Positions 53,683-56,343 of a stretch of DNA of 56,343 bases are shown here, piece after piece. The DNA comes from Methylovirgula sp. (GTDB lineage Bacteria > Pseudomonadota > Alphaproteobacteria > Rhizobiales > Beijerinckiaceae): contig JAYVYB010000144.1 in the NCBI GenBank assembly GCA_043784625.1, forward strand, positions 1-56,343, given 5' to 3'. The notes beneath the pieces were generated by a model. It was given only the letters and a program-made list of their open reading frames with translations. It had not been told where the DNA came from and ran no database searches. The stretch's first letter is position 1. The number at the start of each line of letters is the position of its first letter. Position numbers and translations under genes: made by a program.

Positions 53683-54438
53683 CTAGCGCAGCATCTGGTC
53701 AGCGTTGTCCGCCGCTTTCTCTGCAAGTTTTGCCACATCGTCGCGGCTCAAAAGCCGGTATTGCCCCTCAGGCAAATCTCCGAGCATCAACTGGCCGGTC
53801 TGGATGCGGTGCAATGTCGCCACGCGGTTGCCCAGTGTTTTAAACATACGGCGGATTTGGTGATAGCGACCCTCCTGCAAAATCATCAGGCCGGATTTTT
53901 CGCCGCTCGGCTGCCACTGCGCCGGTTTGAGCGGTTTGGCATCACCCTCCATCAGAAAATCACCGGCGGCAAACAGCGCAGCTTCGTCGCCGCGCAGCGC
54001 TTCAGTCAGCGTGACCTCATAATGTTTCGGCGCGTGACTTTTGGGATGAATAATCCGGTGTAACAAATCACCGTCATCGGTCAAAATCACTTGGCCGGTA
54101 CTGTCCTTGTCCAAGCGCCCCGCGGCTGAAAGCGCCGGTTTGCGCAACTTCCAGCGCTCCGGCAGCAGATCATAAATCAGCGCGCCAGTCTCATCATGCG
54201 AGCAGGTATAGCCCGCTGGCTTGTGCAACATCACCGTCAGCGGCGACGGCGGATCCACCGCCACATCGTTCACCTGCAAAGCTCCGCTTTGCGCATCGGC
54301 CAGCTTGATTGCTTCGTCGGCCTTAAAAACGCGTTTGCCCTCAAGCTTTACGCGGCCTTGCCGCACCATCACGGCAATGTCGCGACGGCTGCCATAGCCC
54401 ATATTGGCCAAAAGCCGGTCAAGCCGCATAGTGCTCAT
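53683..54438 (-). CDS. rsuA: 16S rRNA pseudouridine synthase (RsuA family)
   Basis: S4 domain MRLDRLLANMGYGSRRD and catalytic Asp motif AGRLDKDSTG. Confidence 0.8.
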   Translation of the reverse strand: MSTMRLDRLLANMGYGSRRDIAVMVRQGRVKLEGKRVFKADEAIKLADAQSGALQVNDVAVDPPSPLTVMLHKPAGYTCSHDETGALIYDLLPERWKLRKPALSAAGRLDKDSTGQVILTDDGDLLHRIIHPKSHAPKHYEVTLTEALRGDEAALFAAGDFLMEGDAKPLKPAQWQPSGEKSGLMILQEGRYHQIRRMFKTLGNRVATLHRIQTGQLMLGDLPEGQYRLLSRDDVAKLAEKAADNADQMLR

Positions 54439-55439
54439 ATGGCGCTTCTTGCGGAATGCGGCGGCTTGATTTTCACGCCGGTGATAATTTTAAAGCCGTC
54501 ACCCTCATGCAAAATGCTCAGGCCAGTGACAATTTTCTCATAAGGCAATTGACGGTTGGCCACGAAAAACAGGCGACCGCGCGGCTTTAAGCACTCCCAC
54601 GCTTTTTTGATAAATGCTTCGCCAAGATCAACGTCTTCCTGTTTGCCGCTATGAAACGGCGGGTTCATCACAATCGCATCATACACCGATGCCGCATTAA
54701 GCTTGCGAATATCCTGCCACACCGGATGCACTTTCGCGCCGCCGTTGCGCACGGCAAGCGCAACCGCGCGCGCATCGGCATCGACCGCGTCAACTTTTGT
54801 AACCTCGGCGCACTGCGCCAAGTATTTGGAAAGATAGCCGTAGCCACAGCCGAAATCAGCGACCTCGCCTTTCAAATCTTGCAGCAAATGCTGCAAAAGC
54901 AGTCTGCTGCCTGCGTCAATTTTATCCCAGCCAAACAAGCCGGGAACGCTCCACCACTGCCCGTCGTCAAGGGTGATCTCGCGGGCCGTGAGGTAAGATA
55001 GATTTTTCGCGATCAGATCTTTGTTCGCTTTTCCAGCTTCAAAACTCCACACCACACGGCAACGCGTCTTCGATAGCTCGCCAAAGCTGACACCGTAAGA
55101 CTGAATCATATCTGCCAAGCGCCCGCCTCCGGCATCTTTGGCCGCCACAGCAATCACCAACCCCTTGGAGCGTTGCAATGCCAGAGCCAGCAGGCCGGCC
55201 GACTCATTCACCTGCTTGGTCGCACTCAAAACTACGTAATCGTAGGACTCATCCAGCGTCTCAATGGAAGAATGCACCTTGGATTCGCGCGCAGCACCCG
55301 CCTGCACCGCGCCAAACCATGGCGAATAAACATCCCCTGAAGCGAGTGGCGCGCAATTCAGCCATAGGCCGCGCCCCGGCGGCAACGGAATTTGCTTCAA
55401 GGCATACTCCAGAGCAGATTGAATCATGGGATCGTGCAT
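54435..55439 (-). CDS. rsmC: class I SAM-dependent rRNA methyltransferase (RsmC/RlmG-like, MTS domain)
   Basis: SAM motif I VADFGCGYGYLS and motif IV VMNPPFH. Two-lobed, 334 aa. ATGA overlap with rsuA. Confidence 0.6.
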   Translation of the reverse strand: MHDPMIQSALEYALKQIPLPPGRGLWLNCAPLASGDVYSPWFGAVQAGAARESKVHSSIETLDESYDYVVLSATKQVNESAGLLALALQRSKGLVIAVAAKDAGGGRLADMIQSYGVSFGELSKTRCRVVWSFEAGKANKDLIAKNLSYLTAREITLDDGQWWSVPGLFGWDKIDAGSRLLLQHLLQDLKGEVADFGCGYGYLSKYLAQCAEVTKVDAVDADARAVALAVRNGGAKVHPVWQDIRKLNAASVYDAIVMNPPFHSGKQEDVDLGEAFIKKAWECLKPRGRLFFVANRQLPYEKIVTGLSILHEGDGFKIITGVKIKPPHSARSAI

Positions 55440-55808
55440 GGCAACACGTAACGGGCGAGGGCGTGATTGATCAGTGAAACGTTCATGACGCGGTGTTTAA
55501 AGCACGCCGCACGCCAGCGCCAGACATTTGCACACGCTAATCCCGCGCAACCGCACGTTTAATCGGACTGTAACGTGACGGAGGAGCGTATTTAGTTCTC
55601 TCCACTCTTCTTCCTCGCCTGCGATGCGCCTAGACTTCCATGTCCTGTGTTATGTCGGGTACAATCGTCAGGTTTTGTGTGGGTTTGGTTTAGGTTTTGT
55701 ATGGCTTGGTCTGCTTCTATTTCCACGTCGATTTCCAGTACGACCGGGATTGCACTCATGTGGTTTTCTTCATGTTTTGCGTGGTCTCGTGATACTTTGC
55801 TGCGGATT

Positions 55809-55818
55809 GGGGGGGGGG
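55809..55818. repeat. G10 homopolymer tract
   Basis: attGGGGGGGGGGtgc, read directly from the sequence. Lies in non-coding DNA. Confidence 0.95.
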
Positions 55819-55845
55819 TGCGCTTGTTTGCGGTGTATTGAACGC

Positions 55846-55867
55846 AAAAACCGCCCTAGAGGGGCGG
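55846..55867 (-). terminator. rho-independent terminator (minus strand)
   Basis: Minus strand reads CCGCCCCTCTAGGGCGGTTTTT: a 6-bp GC stem, 5-nt loop and T5. Confidence 0.45.
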
Positions 55868-56074
55868 CTTGTGCGGGCGATATGAAGTTGCAGTTTAAGT
55901 GTTGTTTGCACAGGATTTGCACCGTCGAGATATTCTCGAGCCTTCAGGTTATGAGCCTGACGAGGTGAGCCAACGTCGAGGAGCGAAGCTCATTGACGGC
56001 GAACGGGCTGCTCGATTTTGCGTGATGCTTTTTGGCAGCCAGACAACCGTCCTGGTGTTATTTTTGCGCAACAA

Positions 56075-56108
56075 AAAAGCCCCTTCGTTTTGAGCGATCG
56101 GGGCTTTT
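56075..56108. terminator. bidirectional hairpin terminator
   Basis: AAAAGCCCC-(16 nt)-GGGGCTTTT: a GC core stem extended by A-T pairs, with T6 on the minus strand and T4 on the plus strand. Confidence 0.45.
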
Positions 56109-56343
56109 GGGATCTGGTTGCGGGGGCACGCAACCATCTCAAATTGCTGTGGGAGTGTCAGGTTTAAAAATAAGCAAACGCAAGCTCAATTGCTATGAAA
56201 ATTCAGAACAGTCAAAAACTCAAAGACATTGAAGAGGCGTTACTAGAGGTGGCTCGGTTTATCTGAACAACTTCGGGGCTATTCGTAAGTGGAATTCTGC
56301 CTCATTTATGCTGCCGCCAAGATTGGCGACATTGCATTGAAGT

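Noticed and set aside
55624-55968. 114-aa plus-strand ORF (MRLDFHVLCYVGYNRQVLCGFGLGFVWL...).
   Set aside because: The Cys/Gly/Leu/Phe-rich translation simply mirrors the G+T-rich strand composition. It spans the G10 tract and a terminator hairpin and has no SD. Not credible as a protein.
55905-55985. tRNA-like anticodon arm on the minus strand (TCAGG-CTCATAA-CCTGA, anticodon CAT, plus-strand coordinates 55944-55960), with an adjacent stem resembling a long variable arm.
   Set aside because: No T-arm with a GTTCRANYC loop, no convincing 7-bp acceptor stem, and no CCA context. A CAT anticodon with a long variable arm fits no bacterial tRNA class. Probably chance or decayed. tRNAscan-SE/Infernal should confirm.
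55840-56140. Two-piece (permuted) alphaproteobacterial tmRNA, 6S RNA, SRP RNA or RNase P RNA.
   Set aside because: No ANDN-type tag reading frame, no TCCACCA-type 3' end, no GGAAG SRP domain IV motif and no GAGGAAAGTCC P4 motif was visible on either strand.
56259-56343. Possible 3' end of a minus-strand gene entering from the right edge (..LQCNVANLGGSINEAEFHLRIAPKLFR, stop at 56259-56261).
   Set aside because: Only 28 codons are visible and no motif is present. This is too little to call a feature, though the minus-strand terminator at 56075-56108 would fit such a gene.
1-56343. CRISPR arrays, IS elements, integrases, prophage genes, defence systems (restriction-modification, toxin-antitoxin, CBASS and similar).
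   Set aside because: I scanned the ORF translations and repeats and found no transposase DDE motifs, recombinase motifs, regularly spaced 25-40-nt repeats, or defence-type domains. The only tandem repeats are the short in-frame ones reported.

Overview
56,343-bp chromosomal window that reads like a Rhizobiales-type alphaproteobacterium: it has a Rhizobium-style rhaDI/rhaRSTPQUK rhamnose locus, modE-modABC, and a SerRS-like amino acid:carrier-protein ligase of the kind known from Agrobacterium and Bradyrhizobium. It is densely coding. Hand counts on sample lines give about 60% GC in the core and about 35-42% at both edges. I recognise no rRNA, canonical tRNA, CRISPR array, IS/transposase, integrase or phage genes. 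Left to right: (1) 1-8118, a minus-strand Wzx/Wzy-type exopolysaccharide operon (GT4, Wzc-like co-polymerase, GT4, Wzy-like, MurJ-like flippase, NodB-like deacetylase cut by the edge). (2) 8521-16144, a divergent plus-strand cassette of ACP, ACAD-fold protein, tRNA-domain-less class II aaRS homolog (aa:CP ligase), DUF1839-like and GH2-like genes, closed by a convergent fused double alpha/beta-hydrolase. (3) rbsK-fucU. (4) modE and modABC with a Mo-box. (5) A membrane-anchored GltS-FMN-domain protein and ung. (6) 24067-35041, a complete rhamnose locus. (7) An rpiR-type regulator. (8) A 14.2-kb, 11-gene minus-strand operon of unknown substrate (ribose-type ABC transporter, two FGGY kinases, SDR, GldA-like, GatD-like, embedded SorC regulator, metazoan-type DeoC, 797-aa aldehyde dehydrogenase with an extra partial module). 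(9) Divergent cupin-type PGI, shikimate-DH-like and FAD oxidase genes. (10) rsuA and an rsmC-like gene. (11) About 0.8 kb of strand-asymmetric non-coding DNA with a G10 tract and two hairpin terminators. The best candidate for an undescribed system is the carrier-protein aminoacylation cassette, which is physically and probably transcriptionally coupled to the EPS operon. All family calls come from motif recognition by eye; no searches were run.
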